Part shown: piece after piece, positions 17,525-27,403 of the stretch
How the letters are laid out: every line of letters begins with the position of its first letter
Position numbering within the stretch: position 1 is the stretch's first letter
DNA from: Escherichia typing phage 1
Sequence record: KP869100
DNA length: 64,000 nucleotides
Reading direction: 5' to 3' (one strand)
Translations under genes and position numbers: made by a program
Notes under the pieces: generated by a model
The model's input: only the letters and a program-made list of their open reading frames with translations
The model's database searches: none
Told to the model about the DNA's origin: nothing

Positions 17525-17549
17525 CAACTTTTTTAACTTGCAATAGTTC

Positions 17550-17578
17550 TTGACTTGTTGTATGGATTACTGTACCAT
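17550..17578 (+). promoter_or_regulatory. sigma70-like promoter for the rightward gene block
   Basis: TTGACT, 17-nt spacer, TACCAT about 45 nt upstream of the AGGAG ribosome-binding site and ATG at 17624. Confidence 0.4.
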
Positions 17579-17623
17579 CTTACTTAAAGCTGTAGGTCTG
17601 CCTTGTTCTACAAAGGAGACTTA

Positions 17624-17785
17624 ATGAGAAAATCAAATAAACCGAAGAAAGGTAAGAATACCAATCACTGTAAGGAATCCAAAAGGGTAGAGTTAATCTA
17701 CTATTCATCCTCTGAAATTGGTCTGTACCTGTTCTTTCAAAATTACAGAAGACAAGAGGATTATCTATGTGTAGTTCCCAATTAG
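17624..17785 (+). CDS. hypothetical small basic protein
   Basis: ORF 17603-17785 trimmed to the ATG preceded by AAAGGAGA. Confidence 0.35.
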   Translation: MRKSNKPKKGKNTNHCKESKRVELIYYSSSEIGLYLFFQNYRRQEDYLCVVPN

Positions 17786-18000
17786 AAATCGCAGATATTA
17801 TAGATTTATATCAAACTGCAAAGAGTCATGGCTATATAACCTCAATTGGAAAGAATAGTCACTATGATGCTTTGACTGGAATGTATTTCAGGGCAATGGC
17901 TCAATCTAGTGAACAACACTTAATGGTTTCTTCCAGTGAGTTTACTTCGTTTCTCTATTGCAGCAAAATTATAAATCGCAGGAGAACTGAAAAATGCTAA
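17767..18000 (+). CDS. hypothetical protein
   Basis: 77-aa ORF. Confidence 0.3.
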   Translation: MCSSQLEIADIIDLYQTAKSHGYITSIGKNSHYDALTGMYFRAMAQSSEQHLMVSSSEFTSFLYCSKIINRRRTEKC

Positions 18001-18584
18001 CAGTAAGTTTTAATTACAATAGTGATGGCTCTGTATCAATTAATTCACCATATGCAAATGACCTACTTAAAGAGCTAGTCAATCAGTGTGATAGAGGTCT
18101 TCACTATGTTCAAAATTCTTTTAAACAGAAGACTATTGCTAATAACTTGATGCGTGTAACAGTAACGGCATCGAATCCAAATTATGACTTTGATAGTGAA
18201 AGTCCGTACTCATTAGTTGCGCTTGGAGAGAGCAGCCAATTCAAACTTGTTTGCCACGACTCAGAAACATTCCTTAAGGTCTTTTCCAACCTTATCCATA
18301 ATAATAAGTACAGCTACGTTGATGGTAGTGTAAATTTCTATCCAGCAAACTATACATGTTTGTTGGTTGATAATATGAGAAAAAGTAAGCAAGAGCCTAC
18401 GGAAATTTCATTTGATGTGAACTCTAGTCCAGACGCAGAAACAAGTAAGAACTTTGATATGAGTTACGCATTGTCACTTAGTAAGAAATCCGAGTTCATT
18501 GATTATGTCAATGGATTTGGTTTTAAGTTTGATGAGAGTATGAATCTTAAAAAACTTAAGAACCTACTTAAGACCAAAGCTTAA
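17994..18584 (+). CDS. hypothetical protein
   Basis: 196-aa ORF followed by hairpin GGGGCTGATGCCCC. Confidence 0.5.
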   Translation: MLTVSFNYNSDGSVSINSPYANDLLKELVNQCDRGLHYVQNSFKQKTIANNLMRVTVTASNPNYDFDSESPYSLVALGESSQFKLVCHDSETFLKVFSNLIHNNKYSYVDGSVNFYPANYTCLLVDNMRKSKQEPTEISFDVNSSPDAETSKNFDMSYALSLSKKSEFIDYVNGFGFKFDESMNLKKLKNLLKTKA

Positions 18585-18593
18585 GTGTGAATA

Positions 18594-18615
18594 GGGGCTG
18601 ATGCCCCTTTAACTA
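18594..18615 (+). terminator. candidate intrinsic terminator
   Basis: GGGGCTGATGCCCC hairpin followed by a T-rich tract. Confidence 0.35.
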
Positions 18616-18631
18616 TTTATAAGGATATTTA

Positions 18632-19003
18632 ATGAAAGCTAAGAGTGCAAAAGACTTTTATTGCTTCCTACAATCCTATATCAATTCCGTGCAAAATGGT
18701 GAAAGGTACAACCTTAATGATGTTATCCCAACACCTTTGACATGGAGACTCAGTAAATGGCCTGAAGAAGATATTACACCAACAATCGAACAATGCACCT
18801 ACAAACCCGAAATCAATATTCCAGACTCTGAGAATCTATTATATCCAATGTTCCATATTGTTGGTCTTGGAAGATTCCTTATGGATATCCAGTATATAAT
18901 TGGTAAAGGTTATAAGGTTAAAGGTATTGTTGTTGGTGATGTATCTCCGAATCACAAAGGTTATTTTAGGCTAAACGCACATTTAGAGGCTGAAAAGAAA
19001 TGA
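18632..19003 (+). CDS. hypothetical protein, paralog of the N-terminal domain of the next gene
   Basis: shares KxxSxKDFxxF...WPEEDI...MDIQY pattern with the N-terminus of the 19000-19881 product. Confidence 0.5.
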   Translation: MKAKSAKDFYCFLQSYINSVQNGERYNLNDVIPTPLTWRLSKWPEEDITPTIEQCTYKPEINIPDSENLLYPMFHIVGLGRFLMDIQYIIGKGYKVKGIVVGDVSPNHKGYFRLNAHLEAEKK

Positions 19004-19881
19004 TTAAAGCAAAGACTTACCCAGACTTCAAAGAGTTTGTGAAGGGCTTCATTGCAAACGTAAAGGCTGGTAAGAGGTATGATTTTAGAACATATCAAGA
19101 GGCTATTTTACCACTTACCTATAGCTCGTATTGGCCTGAAGCTGATATTGCAGAAGTTGAGAAGTTTGACTATAAACCAGACTATAAAGTCCCATTTAGT
19201 GATGAGTTGCTTTACAGTGTTGGTGCTCAAATGAGAACTTCTGACTTCTTCATGGACTTACAATATGCAATTATCAATGGTAAAGACGTTGATACAGTTT
19301 ATTGTGAATGGCTGGCAAGAGTTAAACCATTCTCAATGTTGAATGCTAAGTTGAAGGACGCTATCAAGCCACCATCAATCACTCAGCAACCAACCAATCA
19401 AACAGTAAATGAAGGTGGTACACTTACCCTAAGCGTTATTGCAACTAATGCCACTGGATATCAATGGAAAAAGGATGGTGAGGATATCACTAGCGCCACA
19501 TCTGCAACCTACACAAAACAGTCTGTAGAACCTTCTGATGCAGGTTCATACACTTGCGTTGTAACAGGTGCAGGTGGTTCTGTCACTTCTAGCCCTGCAA
19601 CGGTTACTGTTAACGCACTTCCGGTAATCACTCAACAGCCAACCAATCAAGAAATCAATGAAGGTGAGACCTTAACGCTGAATGTTGTGGCAACAGGTGC
19701 GACAGGTTACCAGTGGAAGAAAGGTGAGGAAGACATCCTTGATGCAACTACTGCAACTTACACCAAAGAAGGTGCGACCGCTGCTGATGCAGGAAGCTAC
19801 ACCTGTGTAGTTACTGGTGCAGGTGGCTCTGTAACATCCAATGCAGCAACAGTTACAGTTAACCCAGCAGGGGAGGCGTAA
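19000..19881 (+). CDS. protein with two tandem Ig-like repeats
   Basis: two about 80-aa repeats (ITQQPTNQ...GYQWKK...DAGSYTCVVTGAGGSVTS...ATVTVN) after a paralogous N-terminal domain. Confidence 0.55.
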   Translation: MIKAKTYPDFKEFVKGFIANVKAGKRYDFRTYQEAILPLTYSSYWPEADIAEVEKFDYKPDYKVPFSDELLYSVGAQMRTSDFFMDLQYAIINGKDVDTVYCEWLARVKPFSMLNAKLKDAIKPPSITQQPTNQTVNEGGTLTLSVIATNATGYQWKKDGEDITSATSATYTKQSVEPSDAGSYTCVVTGAGGSVTSSPATVTVNALPVITQQPTNQEINEGETLTLNVVATGATGYQWKKGEEDILDATTATYTKEGATAADAGSYTCVVTGAGGSVTSNAATVTVNPAGEA

Positions 19882-20345
19882 TGCAACTCTCAAGAAAAGG
19901 TTTAGATGCTATTAAGTTCTTCGAAGGTCTGGAGTTAGAGGCTTACGAAGATTCTGCCGGAATCCCAACAATCGGGTATGGGACAATCCGTATTGACGGA
20001 AAACCTGTTAAGATGGGTATGAAAATTACTGCTGAACAAGCTGAACAGTATCTTCTCGCGGATGTTGAGAAGTTTGTTGCAGCAGTGAACAAAGCTATCA
20101 AGGTTCCAACTACTCAGAATGAGTTCGATGCACTTGTAAGTGAAACATACAACATCGGTATCACAGCTATGCAGGATTCCACATTTATCAAGCGCCACAA
20201 TGCTGGTAATAAGGTAGGTTGTGCAGAAGCTATGCAGTGGTGGAACAAGGTTACAGTCAAAGGTAAGAAGGTCACTTCAAACGGTCTGAAAAACAGACGT
20301 AGAATGGAAGCTGACATTTATCTTGACAGTGTATACCCAAAGTAA
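19881..20345 (+). CDS. endolysin, GH24 (T4 lysozyme-like) family
   Basis: FEGLELEAYEDSAGIPTIGYGT catalytic motif typical of phage lysozymes; 154 aa. Confidence 0.8.
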   Translation: MQLSRKGLDAIKFFEGLELEAYEDSAGIPTIGYGTIRIDGKPVKMGMKITAEQAEQYLLADVEKFVAAVNKAIKVPTTQNEFDALVSETYNIGITAMQDSTFIKRHNAGNKVGCAEAMQWWNKVTVKGKKVTSNGLKNRRRMEADIYLDSVYPK

Positions 20346-20354
20346 TATCTTCAT

Positions 20355-20380
20355 AGGCTCCTTCGGGAGCCTTTTTTATT
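20355..20380 (+). terminator. intrinsic terminator
   Basis: GGCTCC-TTCG-GGAGCC hairpin followed by TTTTTT. Confidence 0.65.
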
Positions 20381-20396
20381 TTCTAAGGAGAAAGCT

Positions 20397-20795
20397 ATGA
20401 AACTTTGGGCTAGTGACTTTGGAACTTTTAAGTACACTCGTAATGGCTCGCTTGTACGCATTGTCGGGAACAATGTGGTTTCAAGAGGTGACAAGGTATA
20501 TACACGGTTTACTGTAGAGCTTGTTGAGCTGTCACCTATTGAGTCTGTGAACAATGGCCTGTTCAAGTTTGAGACTTACAATGTCAACGAACATGGACAA
20601 TTCAACCCTCTTGGTGAAAGTGGACTTGATATTATTTCAGAGCACCCATTGACAAAAGAGCAACTCGCAAGTTATTATAAAACTGTTCTGGAAAGGCAGT
20701 TAGCAACACATGAACAAGAAGCTAACTATCATTTACAACATTGCGAAGCTTTAAGAGCAAAAATAGAACAAGCAGAGAGAGGTTTTTATGAATAA
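20397..20795 (+). CDS. hypothetical protein
   Basis: 132-aa ORF with GGAG-type ribosome-binding site. Confidence 0.45.
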   Translation: MKLWASDFGTFKYTRNGSLVRIVGNNVVSRGDKVYTRFTVELVELSPIESVNNGLFKFETYNVNEHGQFNPLGESGLDIISEHPLTKEQLASYYKTVLERQLATHEQEANYHLQHCEALRAKIEQAERGFYE

Positions 20796-21177
20796 AGAGA
20801 TTCAAGTAAAAGTTGACACCTTTGGCCATGATGGTCGAGAAGATGCTGGACTTGCTGACGCAGTGATTTTTGAGTGTAATGGAAATATTAGTCTTCGCTT
20901 TACAGGCTCAGGTAGCACCCTTCGCAGAATGCGAGATGATGCAGATGGTTGCCCTGTATTTGGCTGGTATGACATGGAGTTTCCTCTTTACGCCATCCAT
21001 TATCCAGATGGTGGAGAAGACTGGACAACTCAATCAATCCGCGATGAGCTTAATGGCATTCCAGTTGAGCAAGAAGAGCAAGAGCCTGTTGAACTCACAT
21101 TCACTTTTATCAAAGAAGAGAAAGTTGGTGATTTGTCTGTAACTGAAGCAATTCAAGTCTCACAGGTTATTCGTTAA
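20788..21177 (+). CDS. hypothetical protein
   Basis: 129-aa ORF. Confidence 0.45.
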   Translation: MNKEIQVKVDTFGHDGREDAGLADAVIFECNGNISLRFTGSGSTLRRMRDDADGCPVFGWYDMEFPLYAIHYPDGGEDWTTQSIRDELNGIPVEQEEQEPVELTFTFIKEEKVGDLSVTEAIQVSQVIR

Positions 21178-21470
21178 TGAGTAAAGTACAGGTTGTTTTC
21201 CCTATTTGTGACTTCTCACTAGAGCGTGAACTTGACCTGTACGAAGAAATTACTGACGAAATTATCTGGTCTGTTGTAGAAGAGGCTATCAAGAAGCTGT
21301 ATGGTGGCCTCTTAAATCCATCAAGTAAGAAGTTAAGCACTAAGCAAGTAGCTGACCCATATGTTTCATACGATGCCTACAACAAGCCTTTTGAAAATAC
21401 CTGCTTTGACCTTATGGTAGGTAATAACAAAGTCAACTATTTCTTCGTCAGAGAGTTTAACGATGAGTAA
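21177..21470 (+). CDS. hypothetical protein
   Basis: 97-aa ORF. Confidence 0.4.
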   Translation: MSKVQVVFPICDFSLERELDLYEEITDEIIWSVVEEAIKKLYGGLLNPSSKKLSTKQVADPYVSYDAYNKPFENTCFDLMVGNNKVNYFFVREFNDE

Positions 21471-21807
21471 GCTCCATGTCACAGTTTACAAAAACTTCTC
21501 AGATATCAAAGAGTCTTTAACAAATAAGCTTGACTTACAACGTAAAAGACTCTTTTTAATGTATGACATAGACAACTACAACCATCCTAAAGAGTTTAAC
21601 TACAAAGATGGTACAAAGGTTGTTGAGTTTGAAGATTCTGTGACGGTGTATGTCAAGCATGACTTACCAGCAAAGTATATAGGGATGTTAGAGTACTACA
21701 TATTCAAACATACTGGTATGCGTGGTGAATCTGTTAAGATATCTTCTATAGAAGTTTTTGAGAAACCTAACACACAACTTAAAAAGTATTTAATGAGGAA
21801 ACTGTAA
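21463..21807 (+). CDS. hypothetical protein
   Basis: 114-aa ORF. Confidence 0.4.
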   Translation: MSKLHVTVYKNFSDIKESLTNKLDLQRKRLFLMYDIDNYNHPKEFNYKDGTKVVEFEDSVTVYVKHDLPAKYIGMLEYYIFKHTGMRGESVKISSIEVFEKPNTQLKKYLMRKL

Positions 21808-22388
21808 TGTCAGAAGAACATGAGCATATCCAACCAGAAGTTACATTAGTAAAACATTTCGGAAATGTAGAAGGCTGTGTAGCACTTTTTCAGACTAACA
21901 TCAATTCTCCAGTCAAACTGTGCAAATTGACGATAAACACTAACAACATCAGTGTATGCGTGAATGAAGAAGTACAATACTTCAAATTCAATGATAAAGA
22001 GGTTGATGCTGCACTACTGAAATACAGAGCAAATCTTGAAAAAGATATTGACCATAAAGAGGTTGTGAGTCTCTTTGCAGACCTACATAAGCTTCTTGAT
22101 AAGGTTGAAAAAAGAACATACTACATGAATAATGGCTCTATCATTACCACTATGATTTCACCATGTATCTCTGAGCCAATCTTCACAGATGATGGTGCTT
22201 ATTATATTGTAGCTTCGGCAGTGTCTGATTGGTGGTTAAAAAATAACGCCCTGAAAACAGTGATTGATGCTATCAGAGAACACATCCCTACATTTAGTCC
22301 GTGGAAGGGTAAAGGTGATGAATTTATCGCACTGTTGAGTGAAGAGAGTAACAAGCGCAGTGCATTACTGCCTAAAAAATACTCTTGA
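21807..22388 (+). CDS. hypothetical protein
   Basis: 193-aa ORF. Confidence 0.45.
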   Translation: MSEEHEHIQPEVTLVKHFGNVEGCVALFQTNINSPVKLCKLTINTNNISVCVNEEVQYFKFNDKEVDAALLKYRANLEKDIDHKEVVSLFADLHKLLDKVEKRTYYMNNGSIITTMISPCISEPIFTDDGAYYIVASAVSDWWLKNNALKTVIDAIREHIPTFSPWKGKGDEFIALLSEESNKRSALLPKKYS

Positions 22389-22460
22389 CCGAGTATACAA
22401 TATTGATTATGATGGGAGCTATCGAGAGGTAGTTCCCTTTTTAGTTTCTGGAGAATAGAT

Positions 22461-23006
22461 ATGGCTAAAGTGAAAGAACACGATAAAATTATTTTGTATG
22501 TTAAACAGAATCCTTCAAAGAGTGTTGAGGCTGTTGTAACACACATCTCACACAATGGAACAGTTTATTTTCAACCACTGAAGAACTTAGACTTTGACAC
22601 AACACCAAACCACACATTTAGTACTTCTGCAAGACTGTGTGCTGGAACTGTATACTCGACTGCTGAGATTGAGTCCTTATCTTTCACAGGTGCTTACAAA
22701 AACTTTATAGGGATTGCTTTAAAGGACTCTGAGGAATCTTTTAAATTCTTCATGGAGACCAATAAAGGCTGTTATGCACATGTTATGCCAGTCTATAAGA
22801 AAGTTGACACAGAACTTACAAGCAAGTGCGAAGAGATTAGCAGCGACCTGAAGGAGCGTAAAACAGCTATTCAGAATGCTATTTACATCATTGAGAGGGA
22901 CCACTTAGAAGTTCTTTTCAGAGATATGCTAAAAGCAGGGTTTACCCCAAACGAAATTACAAGAGAAACACAACGCCAGTTCAGAAACGCTATGGTGAAA
23001 GAATGA
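22461..23006 (+). CDS. hypothetical protein
   Basis: 181-aa ORF. Confidence 0.45.
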   Translation: MAKVKEHDKIILYVKQNPSKSVEAVVTHISHNGTVYFQPLKNLDFDTTPNHTFSTSARLCAGTVYSTAEIESLSFTGAYKNFIGIALKDSEESFKFFMETNKGCYAHVMPVYKKVDTELTSKCEEISSDLKERKTAIQNAIYIIERDHLEVLFRDMLKAGFTPNEITRETQRQFRNAMVKE

Positions 23007-23221
23007 AAAAACTAACTACAGTTGAAGATTACTACAAACTGTCCTTGTTAGAACAGTATCGCAGAAGCCAGAATATCAGAAAATGCTATGGTAAACACGC
23101 TGAAGGTGACTTTTACCATTGTTACGATGCAGATTTAAAAGGTGTAACACCTAGAGGAAAAGTTCTGCAAAGATTTGTTGACCTTGAATGGAACAAGAGA
23201 TTGAGAGGGGTTGGAAAATGA
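23003..23221 (+). CDS. hypothetical protein
   Basis: 72-aa ORF. Confidence 0.35.
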   Translation: MKKLTTVEDYYKLSLLEQYRRSQNIRKCYGKHAEGDFYHCYDADLKGVTPRGKVLQRFVDLEWNKRLRGVGK

Positions 23222-23721
23222 TTTACGAAGAAAGATATAAGATAGATTACCAGAAGACTGGTCATCATGTCTCTTTAAGAGTAACCAAACCAAATGGAGA
23301 TACCGGTATCATAGCACATTTTGGTGGTGATTATTGGTATGGTACAGGTTGCTTTGAAGGCTACACTCAAGAATACTTGAAAGCTTTCTACAGAGACTTT
23401 ACAAACGACTACAACAGGGTTGTTGACGAAAAGAATAAGTGCATTAAGCATGAATACCATGCCAGAGGTTGTCTGAATATTGTTATGATACTGGCTTTCT
23501 TCTTAGCAATGTTACTGGCAGTATCAGCAATTAGCTGCATAGCTCAAGATTTGACAATTACACAGATTACTGCAAAGCTACATGATATCTGGTACTTGTA
23601 TACTGTTCCTTTAGCTGGTATTATCATCTCACTAATAAGATTCAGAGTTCATAAGAAACGACTTAAGGATTCCGAGGTTAAACTTGAAGAGGTAAGTAAA
23701 GAATGCAACCTACAATTATAG
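23218..23721 (+). CDS. hypothetical membrane protein
   Basis: ORF 23188-23721 trimmed to the ATG at 23218; two hydrophobic helices in the C-terminal half. Confidence 0.4.
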   Translation: MIYEERYKIDYQKTGHHVSLRVTKPNGDTGIIAHFGGDYWYGTGCFEGYTQEYLKAFYRDFTNDYNRVVDEKNKCIKHEYHARGCLNIVMILAFFLAMLLAVSAISCIAQDLTITQITAKLHDIWYLYTVPLAGIIISLIRFRVHKKRLKDSEVKLEEVSKECNLQL

Positions 23722-23797
23722 CTGTATGTGTTCGTTTTGCAATCGCTGAAATGATTAACAAGGCAATCTTAAAAGATGCCTATGGAGAGACTAAGTA

Positions 23798-24022
23798 ATG
23801 ATTAAGACGCCTGTACCAATTTTTGGATTTCCTTCTATAGAAGAGTTCAAAGTTTACCTTGACAAAAACTTCTACAACGAGCAACCTGTTACTTTGCTGA
23901 AGAGTGACTTATCAGAGCTTCTTGATATGGTTATCAAGGCAACTTCTGAGAAGGAACCTGAACAGAAAGCTGAGAAGAAGACTAGTAAGAAATCCGATAA
24001 GAAGACTGAAAAGTCTGAGTAG
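23798..24022 (+). CDS. hypothetical protein with lysine-rich tail
   Basis: 74-aa ORF. Confidence 0.35.
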   Translation: MIKTPVPIFGFPSIEEFKVYLDKNFYNEQPVTLLKSDLSELLDMVIKATSEKEPEQKAEKKTSKKSDKKTEKSE

Positions 24023-24074
24023 TAGCTTGAGGGGTTACTTGATAGCCCCTTTGTAGAACTTAGAAGGTAGCGAA

Positions 24075-24497
24075 ATGAAAGAGCTTATTGGTAAAAGATT
24101 GACAGTTTACTGCTCTAAAACAAAGAAACCACTTACTTCTGTGAAGGTCTTTGATGTTGACACCACTGGTGTAGAGTACCCAATCCAATGCACAATAATT
24201 ACTCCATTCCATGCAGATGATATGGATTTTAAAGAGTGTGAAGTGATATCTTTTAATGCTGATGGGTATTGGAGAGGTAAGTTAAACAAGCAATCAGAAG
24301 ATTTTGATATGCAAATCATTATCAATGAAGGCTATATCGGTGTAAAAGATATCCTCGTAGAAGCCTATGAAGAAGGTATAATTGATATTGTGCATGATGT
24401 TGAAAAAGCTTTAAAGCTTGTTATGCCGCATTTAGAATCTGGAAAGCTGACTTTAGAGATGCTTAATAGGATTATTCGGAGAGCTTATGAAAATTAA
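24075..24497 (+). CDS. hypothetical protein
   Basis: 140-aa ORF. Confidence 0.45.
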   Translation: MKELIGKRLTVYCSKTKKPLTSVKVFDVDTTGVEYPIQCTIITPFHADDMDFKECEVISFNADGYWRGKLNKQSEDFDMQIIINEGYIGVKDILVEAYEEGIIDIVHDVEKALKLVMPHLESGKLTLEMLNRIIRRAYEN

Positions 24498-24951
24498 AGA
24501 AGTAGTGCAAAGAGCAATGCTTGATAATTCTACTAAAGATGAGATGTACACAGAAATTTGTGATAAGTTGAACTGCTCAAGACATGCTGCTAAGGTTCTT
24601 GTACATTGTTTTATTTGGGAATGCTCAGAAGCCTATATGAAACACGTAGCTTTTGAGAGTTCTCATTTACTCGGTGATGTAAAAATAGGTGTAGCACTAA
24701 AAGAGCCTGAGATGAAAACAGTACCTAAGGTCGGTAATGTGTATAAACTAAAAAATTTTATTACAGGCGAGATTGTTGCAGAAGGTGAAGTGCAACAGGT
24801 TTATCATGATGGTAAATATCTGTTTAAGATATTCGAGTATGATAGTCGTTACAGACACTTATGTGGTATTACATTTTTAGTTTCAGAGGATGACCTCATC
24901 AAGAACAATAGTAATAAATTCGCAGTACCAGAATATCAAGTTTTACGATAA
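24487..24951 (+). CDS. hypothetical protein
   Basis: 154-aa ORF. Confidence 0.45.
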   Translation: MKIKEVVQRAMLDNSTKDEMYTEICDKLNCSRHAAKVLVHCFIWECSEAYMKHVAFESSHLLGDVKIGVALKEPEMKTVPKVGNVYKLKNFITGEIVAEGEVQQVYHDGKYLFKIFEYDSRYRHLCGITFLVSEDDLIKNNSNKFAVPEYQVLR

Positions 24952-24964
24952 TGGTGTGATAGAT

Positions 24965-25513
24965 ATGGAAAAAGATAACTTAAAAGATGTTGAAGGTAAC
25001 TATCTAGTCCTTGACTGGAAGGATGTTCGGGAAGCACTCTCCGAAGAAAATCTTGACTGGTTCGAACAAATTATCTTTGCAGTACGGCATAACCGAGAAG
25101 TTGAAAATGGTAAAGAGCCACTTGAAGGAATCTTTGTAGATAGGTCTTATCCATTCTATGAAGACACTTTGCAGAAAGTTAAGATGTACTTTAGACAGAA
25201 GAACCGTAAAGTGGTCACTATGGTATCTCTTGGTGGACAGAATATGTCTGTGATGGAAGATATTAATCCTAAGAGACCGAGTAAAGGTATCTGTATAAAA
25301 ATCACAGGACATGAAGAGTATATCTCAGTGGATGACTTTAGTGCATTCTGTAATGGCTCTTGTGTCTTTAATGGTTTTCACTATGATATCCGAGTGTACC
25401 CAATCAAGGGAGATGATATCATGATGCAGGTATTCGATAATAACAACGGCTTTACTCATTTTTATCAGACAACCAAGTCATCACTAAAAACAGTTCTGGA
25501 AACACTGATTTAA
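24965..25513 (+). CDS. hypothetical protein
   Basis: ORF 24890-25513 trimmed to the ATG at 24965. Confidence 0.4.
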   Translation: MEKDNLKDVEGNYLVLDWKDVREALSEENLDWFEQIIFAVRHNREVENGKEPLEGIFVDRSYPFYEDTLQKVKMYFRQKNRKVVTMVSLGGQNMSVMEDINPKRPSKGICIKITGHEEYISVDDFSAFCNGSCVFNGFHYDIRVYPIKGDDIMMQVFDNNNGFTHFYQTTKSSLKTVLETLI

Positions 25514-25523
25514 AATATCTTAA

Positions 25524-25552
25524 GAGCCTCCTTAATTGGGGGCTTTTTTTAA
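25524..25552 (+). terminator. intrinsic terminator closing the plus-strand block
   Basis: AGCCTCC-ttaatt-GGGGGCT hairpin followed by TTTTTTT. Confidence 0.6.
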
Positions 25553-25560
25553 TTTTTATA

Positions 25561-27100
25561 AAAATTTTATCGGTTGTTCCAACCTCTGGGTCACCATCAT
25601 ATGTGAATAAAATATCTATCCTTCTTAACAACCTTCTTAATCTTACTCTCTATATATAGTTATATAGTACTATATAGTGTCTTAGTAACTATCTAGTGGT
25701 CTTAATAGCCCCTCTGTATAACCCTTCTAAATAGCCCTCTAAACACTCTTCTAACAAGCCTTCTTAACAACCTATACAATCACCTTAACCATCTCTCTAT
25801 ACGCTCTTAGAAGCCTCTATACACCCCTTAATCTCTATGTCAGCTATGATACTCTCTATAGGTGTTCACTAGGCACTACTAAGCCTCTATATAGACTGTT
25901 TTAACAAACTTAACAGGAATATCTTTACAGACCTTATCTCACAAGGTCTAACACGGTACTAACAAGGTATCTTATAAGCCTGTTTCTACCTGTATTTTTA
26001 AAAGACTGTATAAGTAATTATTCAGAATTTTAAAATTTTTATAAAATAAGACTGTCAAGTCATTTTTTAGGGTCTTTGAAGGAACTCAAAAATATCTGTA
26101 GAAGATGTATATCTGCTTGGTAGCCCTTAACAGCTCCCTTACAAGTACTTTGCAAAATTTTAAAATATCCTTAACAACATCTTAACAACTCTCTCAAGCT
26201 CTTAACATCTCTTCAAAGGTCTTAACAGTTTCTTAACAGAACTAACAAGAACTTAACAGTTTTCTAACAAGCTTTGGTAGGGCTTTACAGAATCTTAACA
26301 GATAACTAACAAGAGCTAACAAGTTAATTTTAAAGAGTTATTTTGTTAAGATAATTAACAAGTTCCTAACAAGTGTTTAATCTTTTTAACAAGCTATTAA
26401 CATGGTCACTATCTCTTTTCTTATCGTTCCCTTTCTCTCTTAGTGATTCTCTAAACATACCTTTTAAAAGCTCTCTATAGCTCCTTGTAAGCTCTTTTAA
26501 GCCTCTTCCTAGTATCTACCCCTCAACTGTATGGATAGCTCTTTATAGGGCTTTACAGGAGCTTTTAAGGCTATGTCAAAGGTTCTTACAAGGCTTTTAC
26601 GTGGTCTTAACAGAGATTTAACAAGGGGCTAACAAGTTGCTAACAAGTGCCTTAAAAGCATAACTATGTAGGGATTGTTAAGAAATTGTTAAGGGGGCTA
26701 GCATTTACGTAACTTTTAAGCTACTTCAAAGTAACTTTATAGCCCCTATAACATACTTTTAAGACACTAACAAGCCCTTTTTAGTAGTTCACAAGATAGC
26801 TAACGAGATGATAAAGCTCACACCCTTATAAGATTCTTTTAAGGCTCTAGAAAGCTCTATAAAGGGCTTTTTAGAGTGGGTTAATATGATTGCTTAAGTT
26901 AGGTTGATAAGGCTGTTATAGGGCTTTATAGAGCGTTTAAATGGTTGCCCTTCCCTTTCGGGTTATGGGCTTATATTTAAGTTGATTTGATAAGGGGTTA
27001 TAGAGTAAGCTATAGAGTTATTGCTTTTAAGGTACGGGATAGATTCTAGGAAGGAAAGGAAAGGGATTGTATAGAGTCTCTTTATAGACGTAAAAAAGCC
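25561..27100. repeat. 1.5-kb ORF-free, G-depleted region packed with short direct repeats
   Basis: no ORF of 60 aa or more on either strand; repeated words CTTAACA, CTAACAAG, CTCTATA, CTTTATAGGGC and CTTTTAAG; flanked by convergent operon ends. Confidence 0.6.
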
Positions 27101-27145
27101 CCTATGAGAAGGAGCTTTTCAGGTATCTGGGGCTATTTAGCCCCG
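27092..27145 (-). terminator. candidate terminator at the 3' end of the minus-strand early array
   Basis: GGGGCTATTTAGCCCC hairpin and a second GC stem followed on the minus strand by TTTTTT. Confidence 0.35.
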
Positions 27146-27154
27146 CTGCGTCGA

Positions 27155-27403
27155 TTAGTTGTAACCTTGTTTGCTGTAGTACAGAGAGACAATCAAGTCA
27201 CCCCAATAATGGTAGTGAGATTCCTCGTTTATGGCTTCTTTTACGGCATCTTTCCAGAAGTCATCAGTAGGGTTATAATCTGGTATCACCTGCTGAATCA
27301 GCATTTTGATAAGGTCAAAGGTGTTATCTGTTCCACCGATATCGAATTTTGCATCAAGTTGGTGGCAGCCATAAGCATTAACAGTTACGCGGATAGTTGA
27401 CAT
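27155..27403 (-). CDS. hypothetical small early protein
   Basis: 82-aa ORF preceded by a type A intergenic repeat. Confidence 0.5.
   Translation of the reverse strand: MSTIRVTVNAYGCHQLDAKFDIGGTDNTFDLIKMLIQQVIPDYNPTDDFWKDAVKEAINEESHYHYWGDLIVSLYYSKQGYN

Noticed and set aside
25561-27100. CRISPR array in the repeat-rich ORF-free region
   Set aside because: Repeats are short (7-12 nt), degenerate and irregularly spaced, with no uniform 25-40 nt repeats separated by unique spacers and no cas genes nearby.
27104-27400. Plus-strand 98-aa ORF overlapping the first early gene
   Set aside because: Antisense to a minus-strand gene that has the conserved repeat and ribosome-binding leader; no start context of its own.
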